DNA of 64,000 bases from positions 96,001-160,000 of the forward strand of contig CAVTBV010000009.1 in the NCBI GenBank assembly GCA_963733095.1, in the 5' to 3' direction. The translations under genes were made by a program, and so were the position numbers. The notes below the pieces were generated by a model. The model was not told the DNA's origin. It saw nothing but the letters and a program-made list of their open reading frames with translations, and did no database searches. The stretch is from Candidatus Bathyarchaeota archaeon (GTDB lineage Archaea > Thermoproteota > Bathyarchaeia > Bathyarchaeales > Bathycorpusculaceae). Below, in pieces: positions 38,182 to 48,189 of the stretch; position 1 is the stretch's first letter, and every line of letters starts with the position of its first letter.

Positions 38182-40881
38182 ATGAATATGCGAAATCTAA
38201 CGAACAAAAATAGCGCTATTTTAGTCATTGTGCTTATGATCGTTTCAATGGTATCAGTAATTGCATCACAAACAGGAAATGTGCAGGCCGCAAATACTAT
38301 TCCAACATATGCGTACATTAACGTAGCTCCTAACCCCTGCGGCGTTGGTCAAACAGTGACAGTTAACTTCTGGCTTGCTGTACCAAACGCAGACCAAGAG
38401 CTTGTCACAAACATGACAGTTCTTATAACTCATCCAGATGGAACCACTGAGACACTTGGACCATTTACCTCAGATCTAACTGGCGGCACATATACTCATT
38501 ACACTCCAAACTCACTGGGTAACTATTCATTCCAATTCATATACGGCGGACAAACACTCATCGGAGCCCCTAACGCTTTCGGAGGCCCTACATTTGCAGG
38601 ATACGTTAACCTACCGAGCAAAAGTGCACCCGTAACTCTTTTAGTGCAACAAAGTCCAGCGACCGGCATTCCATTTACTCCACTTCCATCAAACTGGTGG
38701 CAGACTCCAATTAACGCTGAAAACGTTCAAAATTGGGCTTCCATAGGTGGAGGATGGATGGGATACGCTGCAAACACTTTCGCAATAACAGGCGGATATA
38801 ATGCTACCGGCAACTATAACCCATACACTACGGCCCCAACCACCGCCCATATACTTTGGACGAAGCCTTGGTGTATAGGAGGCGTAGCTGGTAGAGAACT
38901 TGGAAATGACGAACAAAACAGCGCATTTTGGACAACCTCGCAGTACAACCCCAAATTTGCGCCAGTCATAATGAACGGCATACTATACTCAACATGGTAC
39001 ACTACTACCACAAGCAGTCAACAAGGAATTATGGCCACAAACTTGTATACTGGAGCAACTATGTGGGTAATAAACACAACTAATCCACTAAGATGCGGTA
39101 TGATGGTCAACTTTGAAAACATAAACCAATATGGCGTTGTTGGTCCATATATCATTGCCCAAGAGGGCGGCGGTGGCATATTTGGCGGTGGAACAATCAA
39201 CTGGCTATTGTATGATGCCATGACAGGACAATACCTCTGCAAAATTGCCAACGCTCCAAGTTTCGTTTTCCTTGGTCAAGACGCGAATGGAAACATTATT
39301 GGTTATGCATTCAACAACACTGCTGGCACAATGCTCGCATACCCTAACGGACGATTTGGTGCGTTCGGCAATCCAATTCCTGGAGTATCCTATACCATTA
39401 AGAACACCACTACCTATGGACCCGCTTTGGAAATGTTCAACTTGACAGCAGCTATGCAGCAAACCGCTTTGAACTGGGGGATCTCACAAGGCACCGTATA
39501 TCAGTGGCAAGACGGACTAGAGTGGGTTGTTCAATCATTACCCCCTGTTGTTAACGGCATTGTCACGACAGGTCTGGGCACTTCTGCTTTCGGCTATTCA
39601 GCGTGGTCAGGTGATACGCTAGTCATGACTACCGGTGCAACTTCTGTCCAAGAAAACCTAGGATGGCAAGTCGAAGCAGGCTTTAGCACAAAAGATGGCT
39701 CATTGTTGTGGATACAAAACAGGACCGGAGGCGTATTCTCGCCTTTCACAAGAACAAACGGTCCGCCTTCAGCAGCAGCAGGAGTCTACGTTGAAATAAA
39801 CTTTGCAACATATGACATGGAGGCTTTCTCTCTAGCTACAGGTCAAAAAGTATGGGAAAATAGCCTCAACGTGCCAATGGCTAACGGTAAAATGCCAAAC
39901 ACCTACGACGAGTACGGCTTCCGATGTGTCCCAGACACAACCAACGGCGTATTGTACACTTGGGCATTAGGCGGAGATGTTTGGGCTGTTAACCTTACGA
40001 ATGGCGACATCATTTGGTCCTTTAGTACTGAACAGGTTAATGGAGATGCAGGCACTGAAACACCCTACGGTATCTACCCAATATGGGTCTTCTCTTGCGA
40101 AGCTTTGGCTGGTAGCCCGAGCCCAATACTATATCTCTCTGAAGGTCACGAATACAGTCCACCACTATTCCACAACGCACATAGATTTGCACTAAATGGC
40201 ACAACTGGAGAACTAATTTGGAGCAATCTTGCTTTCGACGACACGGCAACAGCAGTAGCATACGGCGTATTGACGACATTCAACTCCTACGACGGACAGA
40301 TTTACGCTTACGCCAGAGGACCAAGCCAAACAACAGTTAGCGCACCACAGCTCGGTGTAACAACCGCTACACCCGTGACAATTACGGGTTCAGTAACTGA
40401 TGTCTCTGCAGGATCACAGCAAGAGGCAGTTGCAGCAAACTTCCCCAACGGATTACCCTGTGTTTCCGATGACAGCATGACTCATTTCATGGAATCCGTA
40501 TATGAGCAACAGGAAATGCCACATAACATCACTGGAGTCCCAGTAACAATATCTGTTACTGACTCTAACGGCAACTACAGAGATATCGGCACTGCTATGA
40601 GCAATGCATATGGTACATACAGCTTAACTTGGACCCCTGATATTCCAGGTGATTACACCGTTACTGCAACTTTTGAAGGGACAGGAGGCTATTATCCATC
40701 ATCGGCAGCAACTGCTTTCTACGCCAGCGAATCAACGGCGGCAACTCCAGGGCCAACAGCATCCACTTCAAACTTAGCAACGATATCAGATCTAATGACC
40801 TACATAATCGGTGCAGCAATCGCAATAATTATAGTAATCGTCATAGTTGGCATTGTAATAGTGACGCGGCTCAAAAAGTAA
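38182..40881 (+). CDS. Large cell-surface beta-propeller/Ig-like protein (PQQ-like repeats)
   Basis: Paralog of 14229-16877 (PNPCGVGQ, LPSNWWQTPI, HEYSPPLF, FPNGLPCVSD); TM plus basic tail. Confidence 0.88.
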   Translation: MNMRNLTNKNSAILVIVLMIVSMVSVIASQTGNVQAANTIPTYAYINVAPNPCGVGQTVTVNFWLAVPNADQELVTNMTVLITHPDGTTETLGPFTSDLTGGTYTHYTPNSLGNYSFQFIYGGQTLIGAPNAFGGPTFAGYVNLPSKSAPVTLLVQQSPATGIPFTPLPSNWWQTPINAENVQNWASIGGGWMGYAANTFAITGGYNATGNYNPYTTAPTTAHILWTKPWCIGGVAGRELGNDEQNSAFWTTSQYNPKFAPVIMNGILYSTWYTTTTSSQQGIMATNLYTGATMWVINTTNPLRCGMMVNFENINQYGVVGPYIIAQEGGGGIFGGGTINWLLYDAMTGQYLCKIANAPSFVFLGQDANGNIIGYAFNNTAGTMLAYPNGRFGAFGNPIPGVSYTIKNTTTYGPALEMFNLTAAMQQTALNWGISQGTVYQWQDGLEWVVQSLPPVVNGIVTTGLGTSAFGYSAWSGDTLVMTTGATSVQENLGWQVEAGFSTKDGSLLWIQNRTGGVFSPFTRTNGPPSAAAGVYVEINFATYDMEAFSLATGQKVWENSLNVPMANGKMPNTYDEYGFRCVPDTTNGVLYTWALGGDVWAVNLTNGDIIWSFSTEQVNGDAGTETPYGIYPIWVFSCEALAGSPSPILYLSEGHEYSPPLFHNAHRFALNGTTGELIWSNLAFDDTATAVAYGVLTTFNSYDGQIYAYARGPSQTTVSAPQLGVTTATPVTITGSVTDVSAGSQQEAVAANFPNGLPCVSDDSMTHFMESVYEQQEMPHNITGVPVTISVTDSNGNYRDIGTAMSNAYGTYSLTWTPDIPGDYTVTATFEGTGGYYPSSAATAFYASESTAATPGPTASTSNLATISDLMTYIIGAAIAIIIVIVIVGIVIVTRLKK

Positions 40882-41208
40882 CGCAGGTTCAAAAACAAAT
40901 AAAATCTCACTTTCTCTTTTTTTAGTAAAACGACCAAAAAATAGAAATCAATCTTGGATCTCAGATTGCTACAAGTATTCCTCGCTCTTTTGTCACTGCA
41001 ATTATGAAAAATAAAATGGTGTTTGTATGGTTATAAAAAAAATATGAAAGATGCAATCGGGATAATGAAAACTGACTATAGATATGTTTGTTAGATGGAT
41101 GAACCCAACTTTTGTTGGAATACAAACCTTATTTTGCGTTCTTAAAATCATTGTCATAAGGTTAAGTATATCAAGTTCTAGCGCAGAATACTTTGTGGTG
41201 TAACCTCT

Positions 41209-41577
41209 ATGCATAAACGCATGAATCCCAGAGAGCAAAAACGTATGATGCAACGCATGGGCATGAACATGGACTCCGTAGCCTACGTCCAACAAGTCAT
41301 CATCCGAACAGCAGACAAAGACATAGTTATCGATGAGCCTGAGGTGGCTATTTTGCAGGTTCAGGGACAGAAAATGTACCAAGTCATCGGTGGACAAGTC
41401 AGCGAACAAGCACCTTCACAAATAGGTGCTCCTATGGCGGCGGCTAAACCAGCCTTCAGTGAAGAAGACGTGCAACTCGTCGCGGACCAAACGGGCAAAA
41501 GCCTCGAAAAAGCCAAAGAAGCACTCCAAGAATGCGGCGGCGACCTAGCTAAAGCAATTCTATTGCTCCAGTCTTAA
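41209..41577 (+). CDS. nac: Nascent polypeptide-associated complex protein
   Basis: MNPREQKRMMQRMGM, EEDVQLVA.Q, GDLAKAILLL UBA domain. Confidence 0.95.
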   Translation: MHKRMNPREQKRMMQRMGMNMDSVAYVQQVIIRTADKDIVIDEPEVAILQVQGQKMYQVIGGQVSEQAPSQIGAPMAAAKPAFSEEDVQLVADQTGKSLEKAKEALQECGGDLAKAILLLQS

Positions 41578-41743
41578 CGTTATTTTCCCCATTGTTTTTG
41601 GCATTTCAGCTCTACTCAGTCATAATTGGAGCCGAACAGAGGTCTATGTTGAAACCATATAGGGGTAAACTTTTCACTAAGGCGGGCAGGTCAGTAATGA
41701 TTTTCTTTAAGCCGTTAGGGCGTTTAAAATAGGTTCTTTGTCT

Positions 41744-42055
41744 TTAGATCACGTATGTTTCCTGGATGGTTACCAAACCGTCGTCGCCAATAATCTGCTT
41801 CAAATCTGGCAGTAACGGTTCAAGCTTTTCTTGAGTATCCACAACTTCAATAATCAGGGGCATGTTCACTGTTACACCTTCAATGTGCAGCGTTGACTTG
41901 CCACGTTTGCCAAACCCGTTCACGCCCGTCCAAACGGTTGCGCCTTCAATTCCAGCTTTCATCAGACAATCTATAATAAGTGCCTGAAGACGTTTGCCTC
42001 CCACTTCATCGTTCTTTTTTATTCTTATGGTTAGGTCCCACATTTTTTGTCTCAA
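41744..42055 (-). CDS. DUF190 PII-like protein
   Basis: GIEGATV..G..GFG, MPLIIEVVD; typical crcB partner. Confidence 0.9.
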   Translation of the reverse strand: MRQKMWDLTIRIKKNDEVGGKRLQALIIDCLMKAGIEGATVWTGVNGFGKRGKSTLHIEGVTVNMPLIIEVVDTQEKLEPLLPDLKQIIGDDGLVTIQETYVI

Positions 42056-42441
42056 TGCATAAACCTCGCTATAATTTCGTCACCAAGCAGTTTGCCGCCA
42101 AATATCGCGCCCAAAGACAATCCCACATTTGCTAAGATATTTAGTGCCATTAGGCTAAAACGGTTTGCGTCGGCGAGGTTGCTGGTTTCCAAAGCGAAAG
42201 AAGACATCGTAGTGAAGGAACCACAGAAACCGACTGCTGCAAGCAGAGTGTATTGGGGTTCCAAGTTTAACCCGACCGACAAAACAGAGAAGAGCCCCAG
42301 AATGAAGCTGCCTAAAACGTTCACGACTAAAACGTTAACGGGCAACCCATAAATCGCCACTGGCGACTCAACGAGTCGGTAACGTAAAAAAGCTCCAACT
42401 ATAGCGCCTACTGCCAAGAGACCAAACTCGATCCACTTCAT
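42052..42441 (-). CDS. crcB: Fluoride channel Fluc/CrcB
   Basis: GAIVGAFLRY, VNVLGSF, GFCGSFTTMSSF; start at MKWIE. Confidence 0.95.
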   Translation of the reverse strand: MKWIEFGLLAVGAIVGAFLRYRLVESPVAIYGLPVNVLVVNVLGSFILGLFSVLSVGLNLEPQYTLLAAVGFCGSFTTMSSFALETSNLADANRFSLMALNILANVGLSLGAIFGGKLLGDEIIARFMH

Positions 42442-42466
42442 ATGCTTACCTTCCAACTTCTTGTAG

Positions 42467-42530
42467 GTAGGCATTATCAGCATCCACTTGGCTGCGGTTT
42501 TGGCGTTTGCCACGGCTAATGCCATAGCCC
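42467..42530 (-). ncRNA. Fluoride (crcB) riboswitch
   Basis: Minus strand GGCTATGGCATTAGCC...AAACCGC...GCTGATAATGCCTAC fits the consensus GGNGATGRNNNYCNCC...AACYGC...GCTGATRRNNYCTAC; directly upstream of crcB. Confidence 0.9.
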
Positions 42531-42667
42531 GATTTTCTGAGCAATTCTATGTTATTAAAACTTTATCGAGTAAAAACAAAAATCGTATCTTCCGATAAGC
42601 CGTTTGCTTTTGGGAATGAGCTAATCCTATATATTAGCAGATTTAATATTCAAAGTGGATTAGAAAA

Positions 42668-43594
42668 ATGGCTTCCCAAAACTCCGACATAGCCGTAGTT
42701 GGACACTTATCAATCGACACCATCCTGTTGCCAAGCAGAACCAAGCCGTTTGTAGTTTTGGGCGGTGCAGCGACCTACGCCTCGTTTGCCGCAAGACGCC
42801 TCGACGCCACCGCTTCAGTTATCAGCAAAGTTGGCGGCAACTTCCCAGAAGCATACTTGTGGTGGCTGAGTCAAGAAGGCATCGACGTTTCGGCTGTAAC
42901 AAAAATTGATGATGAACCCTCGACCTGTTTTGAGCTTGCCTACAGCAAAGACCTCTCGAACCGAACATTGACACTTAAAAGCAAAGGACCCGCCTTAACC
43001 GCTGAGGATGTACCCAAAGACTTCCATGCCAAAGCCATCCATATTGCACCTATTGCAAACGAAATCCCCTACGAACTCGTAGAGCGCCTCAAGAGTCGCG
43101 CGGATGTTTTGTCAGTTGACCCTCAAGGTTTAATTCGAAGCTTCGACGAAGCAGGAAATGTATCCGAAAATGCCATCGTTGACAACCAGATTTTTAGTTT
43201 AGTCAACATTTACAAGTCATCAACGAACGAACTTTTCGCTTTAACTGGCGAGTCAGAGCTCAAACCAGCAATAAAAGTGATTCATGATGTTGGAGTTGAA
43301 ACCGTCATTGTGACCTTGGGTGCAAAAGGTTCCATGCTATCCGTCGAAGGCGCCCAATACCACATTGAAGCCTGCCCTTCGCAGGTTCTGATTGACCCAA
43401 CAGGCGCAGGAGATGTCTTCATCAGCAGTTTCCTAACGGAATACCTCCGCGGGAAAGATTCATTGTGGTGTGCCAGTGTTGGCTCCGCTGCAGCTTCCTG
43501 CGTTGTGGAGGGATTGGGTTCCACTTATTTTGGTAAGAAAGAAGAGATTTATCGGAGAGCCAATTCTTTATATGAAAAGAAAGTTAAGCAATAA
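42668..43594 (+). CDS. PfkB-family carbohydrate/nucleoside kinase
   Basis: GGAATY, VTLGAKGS, DPTGAGDVF. Confidence 0.92.
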   Translation: MASQNSDIAVVGHLSIDTILLPSRTKPFVVLGGAATYASFAARRLDATASVISKVGGNFPEAYLWWLSQEGIDVSAVTKIDDEPSTCFELAYSKDLSNRTLTLKSKGPALTAEDVPKDFHAKAIHIAPIANEIPYELVERLKSRADVLSVDPQGLIRSFDEAGNVSENAIVDNQIFSLVNIYKSSTNELFALTGESELKPAIKVIHDVGVETVIVTLGAKGSMLSVEGAQYHIEACPSQVLIDPTGAGDVFISSFLTEYLRGKDSLWCASVGSAAASCVVEGLGSTYFGKKEEIYRRANSLYEKKVKQ

Positions 43595-43631
43595 TGGCGT
43601 ATGTAACCTGTTAACTTGAGAGGCTTGGATT

Positions 43632-43832
43632 ATGGGACGTATCGATAAAGGTGTAAAATGTAGCGTTTGCGGGAAGGACGCTGAGCGTTCGTTGTCAGTT
43701 GCTAAAGTTAAAGCTGCCGGATTAAACGTTGGCAGTGCAGATAAACGTGCTTACCTCTGTAAAGACCACTACAAAGAGTTCAAGAAGAAAACCAAGAAAG
43801 ATAAGACTCTTGACAAGTGGCGCTACGGTTAA
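43632..43832 (+). CDS. Small basic Zn-binding protein
   Basis: CSVC...AERSLS...YLCKDHYKEFKK. Confidence 0.8.
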   Translation: MGRIDKGVKCSVCGKDAERSLSVAKVKAAGLNVGSADKRAYLCKDHYKEFKKKTKKDKTLDKWRYG

Positions 43833-43847
43833 AACGAGGCATTTACC

Positions 43848-45755
43848 ATGCGGATTTTACAGTTACACTCAAACTTTATAGTTTTCAAACCAATCGAAAA
43901 AGAAATCAACATAGCCGAAGACGCCGAAAATGTGGAGACCCGCATTGAAGACGTCGTCGTTTTGTTCACTGCCATCGAAGAAGGAGACAACTCAGCCATG
44001 GCGCAAAAAGCCATCAACGACGTTCGGGCTTTTTTGGGCAAACTCAAAGTAAACCGCATCCTCATCTACCCATTTGCACATCTGAGCAGCGACCTCTCCC
44101 AACCTTCAGAGGCATTAAAAATCATCAAGGAAATGGAAGCCTACGCCAAAGAGAAGGGCATAGAAACTTACCGTGCACCCTTCGGCTGGAACAAACAATT
44201 CACCATATCAATCAAGGGACATCCGCTCGCTGAACAGGCACGTAGCTACGCTCCAACACAGGTAGCGGCGTCAACAGAGCCTATAGCTCCATGCGAGGGC
44301 AAAAAAGAAGAAGAAGAACCCGTCTCCGCAGCCCTCAAAGCCGAAGACACCATGAAATCCTACTGGCACATCCTCCAAACCGACGGCTCACTTGTGCCAA
44401 TCGAAGAATTTAAGTTCAAAGGACATACCAACCTGCAGAAATTCTCCAATTACGAAATCAAGAAAACACGCGCAGTTACCGTTATGCCCCCACACGTGCC
44501 GCTCATGAAACGTCTGGAAATCGCAGATTACGAGCCAGGAAGCGACCCGGGCAACATCCGCTGGTACCCCAAAGGGCGCATGATAAAATCGCTCCTCGAA
44601 CAGTATGTCACCCTCAAAGTGGCAGAGTATGGCGGCATGGAAGTCGAAACTCCGCTCATGTACGACTTCAACCATCCAAGCCTTAAAAGCTACCTGAACC
44701 GGTTCCCTGCACGCCAATATGTCCTCAAATCCGAGGATAAGGAGCTTTTCTTGAGGTTTGCAGCGTGTTTTGGTCAGTTCCTTATGGCGCACGATGCACA
44801 ATTCAGCTATAAACAAATGCCAATTAAACTCTACGAACTCACGCGCTACAGTTTCCGACGAGAAAAAAGCGGCGAAGTCGTCGGATTAAAACGTCTGCGT
44901 GCGTTCACTATGCCAGATTGCCATGCCTTCTGCACTGACCTTGAACAAGCTAAAAAAGAGTTCATGATCAGATTCAATCTCTGCATCGATGTGTTGAGTA
45001 ACATCGGTTTAGTCAAGGACGATTACGAGATTGCTATGCGCTTCACCAAAGACTTCTATTCGGAGCACAAAGACTTCATAACTGAGTTAGCCACGGCTTT
45101 TGGTAAGCCCATCTTAGCTGAAGTCTGGAATGAACGCTTCTTCTACTTTGCCTTGAAATGGGACCTCAACTTCATAGACAACCAAGATAAAGCCGCAGCG
45201 CTAAGCACAGACCAAATAGACGTCGAGAACGCCAAACGCTACGAAATAACCTTCGTTGACGAGAAGGGCGAGAAGCAGTATCCTTTGATTCTTCACTGTA
45301 GCCCAAGTGGCGCCATCGAACGAGACATCTATGCATTGCTTGAAAAGGCTTACCGAGAACAGATGGCAGGTAAAGCACCGATGCTTCCAATTTGGCTCTC
45401 ACCAACCCAAGTGCGGCTGATTCCGATTTCAGATAAATTCCTCGACAAAATGGAGGAATTAGCTAAACAAATCAGCGGCCACTGCATCCGCGTGGACATA
45501 GACGACTCAGCCTCAACATTGCAAAAGAAAATCCGTGAAGCCGAACAAGAATGGATACCCTACATCATCGTTGTCGGCGACAAAGAAATCGAGTCAGGTA
45601 CGCTTTCAGTGCGTGTTCGCGAGCTTAAGGGTCAACAGCAAAAAATGACTGCTGAACAGTTGATTGCGATTGTGTCGGAGAAAATCGCCGGCAAACCCTA
45701 CAAGCCCCTGCCCCTACCAATGAATCTCTCGAAGCGCCCCCAGTTCCACGGTTAA
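43848..45755 (+). CDS. thrS: Threonyl-tRNA synthetase (archaeal type)
   Basis: MRILQLH editing domain, YPFAHLS, LRFAACFGQF, FRREKSGE, LHCSPSGAIER. Confidence 0.97.
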   Translation: MRILQLHSNFIVFKPIEKEINIAEDAENVETRIEDVVVLFTAIEEGDNSAMAQKAINDVRAFLGKLKVNRILIYPFAHLSSDLSQPSEALKIIKEMEAYAKEKGIETYRAPFGWNKQFTISIKGHPLAEQARSYAPTQVAASTEPIAPCEGKKEEEEPVSAALKAEDTMKSYWHILQTDGSLVPIEEFKFKGHTNLQKFSNYEIKKTRAVTVMPPHVPLMKRLEIADYEPGSDPGNIRWYPKGRMIKSLLEQYVTLKVAEYGGMEVETPLMYDFNHPSLKSYLNRFPARQYVLKSEDKELFLRFAACFGQFLMAHDAQFSYKQMPIKLYELTRYSFRREKSGEVVGLKRLRAFTMPDCHAFCTDLEQAKKEFMIRFNLCIDVLSNIGLVKDDYEIAMRFTKDFYSEHKDFITELATAFGKPILAEVWNERFFYFALKWDLNFIDNQDKAAALSTDQIDVENAKRYEITFVDEKGEKQYPLILHCSPSGAIERDIYALLEKAYREQMAGKAPMLPIWLSPTQVRLIPISDKFLDKMEELAKQISGHCIRVDIDDSASTLQKKIREAEQEWIPYIIVVGDKEIESGTLSVRVRELKGQQQKMTAEQLIAIVSEKIAGKPYKPLPLPMNLSKRPQFHG

Positions 45756-45848
45756 TAAAGCCGCTGTAAATGAATCGTATGTATCATTGGGGTAAACTAT
45801 ATCAAACATTGGACAATATGAAACAGTCATCCAAGGAGTGGAAAACAA

Positions 45849-46733
45849 ATGACCAGCGAATTACAAGTCTACATAGATGGTGAATTCTACCCTAAATCAC
45901 AGGCTAAAATCTCCGTCTACGACCACGGTTTCCTCTATGGCGATGGCGTTTTTGAGGGAATCCGCGCGTACAATGGGGTCGTTTTCAAGCTCAAAGAACA
46001 CCTTGACCGATTGTATTGCAGCGCACAAGCCATTATGCTTCAAATACCCTTAACAAGACAGGAAATGGCAAAAGCCGTAGTTGAAACCCTGCGCAAGAAC
46101 AAGATGAAAGACTCATACATCCGCTTGGTCGTGTCCCGAGGCATTGGCGATTTAGGATTGGACCCCCGCAAATGTCCCAAACCAACAATCATAATCATAA
46201 CCGACATCATAAACATCAAAGCAGGTAGCGCCAAAGAAGTCGGCATCACAACCATGTTCAGCTGGGTCCGCAGAAACCCCGTTGACGCCACAACCCACGA
46301 GATAAAATCACTCAACTACCTAAATAGCGTGCTTGCAAAGATTGAAGCGAACGCATGCGGAGTCGACGAAGCCATCTGCCTAGAAGAGAGCGGCTGCATA
46401 GCAGAAGGCGTCGGAGAAAATATCTTCATAGTTAAGGACGGAGAAGTCTTTACGCCGCCTACTTCAACAGGCGCTCTTGCAGGCATCACCGCAGATGTCG
46501 TCTCTGAACTTTGTGCAAAACTCGACCTTGACCTTATCATAACTAACCTGACTCCGTTCATGCTCTTTACTGCAGACGAAGCATTCTTCACCGGAACCGC
46601 CATGGAAATGGTGCCCATCCGCGAAGTCAATAAACGCATAATCGGCAACGGCAAACCTGGACCAATCACAAAGAAGTTGATGGTTGAGTTCCAGAAAGCA
46701 ATCGAAGACCCAAAAAACGGCACAAAAATCTAA
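45849..46733 (+). CDS. ilvE: Branched-chain amino acid aminotransferase
   Basis: LYGDGVFEGIRAY, KSLNYLN, EG.GENIF, L.GIT, ADEAFFTGT. Confidence 0.95.
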   Translation: MTSELQVYIDGEFYPKSQAKISVYDHGFLYGDGVFEGIRAYNGVVFKLKEHLDRLYCSAQAIMLQIPLTRQEMAKAVVETLRKNKMKDSYIRLVVSRGIGDLGLDPRKCPKPTIIIITDIINIKAGSAKEVGITTMFSWVRRNPVDATTHEIKSLNYLNSVLAKIEANACGVDEAICLEESGCIAEGVGENIFIVKDGEVFTPPTSTGALAGITADVVSELCAKLDLDLIITNLTPFMLFTADEAFFTGTAMEMVPIREVNKRIIGNGKPGPITKKLMVEFQKAIEDPKNGTKI

Positions 46734-46738
46734 GTTTA

Positions 46739-47977
46739 TTAGCCGTATCCCACGTGGCTGCGGTTTTCTTTCTTTTGTTTCTTCTTCATGAACTGTTCTA
46801 GGCTGTTGAAAGCTTCTTCGAGTTCTTCGCAGGGTGGCAAGAAAACTATTCTGGCGTGCTCTTTACCGTAGATTGGGTCGAAGCCTGAACCGTTGACGAT
46901 TAACACGCCCGTTTCTTTGAGCAGTTCCACCACGAAATCCATATCCGTTTTCCATCTGGTGCCGACGTCGCGGATTTTCGGGAAGATGTAGAATGCGCCT
47001 TCAGGTTTTGTGGCGCTGATGCCTTCTATTTCGTTTATGCGTTTCCATGCGTAGTCTCGTCTTTCTTTGAGGCGGTCAACGATGTCTTTGACGAAGTCTT
47101 GGGGGCCGTCAAGTGCTGCGGCTCCTGCAATTTGGACGGGTGTGTTTGCGCATAGGCGGATTCGGCATTGTTTCTCCACACCGAGCTTTAGGTCGTCGAG
47201 TTGCTTGCGCTCGCCCCTGAAGTACATGTAACCTAAGCGCCAACCAGTCATCTGGTACACTTTTGAAAATCCGTTCAACCCCACCACCGGCACATCCTTG
47301 GCAAGGTGTGCGGTGCTTACGAATGGTTTCTCGTAAGTTAACTGGTCATAAATCTCGTCGGAAAGCACAGGCAGGTTATGTTCGCCTGCGATGTCGAGCA
47401 TTTCCTTGATGCATTTTTCGCTATAAACAGAACCAGTGGGATTGTTGGGGTTAGTGATTACGATAGCGCGAGTTTTGGATGAGATTTTGCTGCGTAGATC
47501 ATCGATGTTTGGCACCCAACCCTCTTTTTCGATGGTTTCATACGCTACTGGGGTACCTTCAAAGAATTTGGTGTAAGAAATGTAGGGTGGATAAGTTGGT
47601 CCTGGAAAGAGGATTTCGTCGCCCTTCTCAACCAGCGCCGCCAGAATCATCTGGATACCTTCCGAGATGCCTTCAGTGATGAGCACGTTGTTGGCGGTTA
47701 TATCTACGTCGTTGACTCTTTTTTCTTTACGCACTATAGCTTCTCGAAGTTCCACTCTGCCTTCAGAAGGTGAATAGTAGTTGTCGTCACAATCGATTGC
47801 TTTGCATAGGGCATCTTTGACGTATTGGGGCGTTTTAAAGTCGAATGCGGCTGGGTCGCCGATGTTTAGGTAATAGATTTTTTTGCCGTTCTTGATAAGT
47901 TCTTGAGTGTGAACTATAACGTCTCGTATGGCATACTCGATGTTGCTTGCCCTTTTTGTGACCTTAACGTGCTCCAA
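46739..47977 (-). CDS. Class I/II PLP aminotransferase (alanine aminotransferase-like)
   Basis: IEYAIRD, LNIGDP, NPNNPTG, SDEIYD, GFSK...TGWRLG. Confidence 0.92.
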   Translation of the reverse strand: MEHVKVTKRASNIEYAIRDVIVHTQELIKNGKKIYYLNIGDPAAFDFKTPQYVKDALCKAIDCDDNYYSPSEGRVELREAIVRKEKRVNDVDITANNVLITEGISEGIQMILAALVEKGDEILFPGPTYPPYISYTKFFEGTPVAYETIEKEGWVPNIDDLRSKISSKTRAIVITNPNNPTGSVYSEKCIKEMLDIAGEHNLPVLSDEIYDQLTYEKPFVSTAHLAKDVPVVGLNGFSKVYQMTGWRLGYMYFRGERKQLDDLKLGVEKQCRIRLCANTPVQIAGAAALDGPQDFVKDIVDRLKERRDYAWKRINEIEGISATKPEGAFYIFPKIRDVGTRWKTDMDFVVELLKETGVLIVNGSGFDPIYGKEHARIVFLPPCEELEEAFNSLEQFMKKKQKKENRSHVGYG

Positions 47978-48189
47978 GCTATGTTACCTGTACCCAACAC
48001 ACTTGATAGCCCAAAAAATAAATCTTCCGAACAACAACCCTACTCAACCCCTTCGAAGTCAGAATTTTTTTTGTGAACTATCCTATTAGGAACTCATTGT
48101 AGAAACTATAGAGGGTAGGTCAGTATTGCGCTGAATACTTGTTCTAAACACATTTTTATTTCCCAATCCCATAAATTACAAACGGAGTT

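Noticed and set aside
40882-40893. cgcaggttcaaa after the propeller gene stop
   Set aside because: No arm upstream and no tRNA 3' strand downstream; likely chance.
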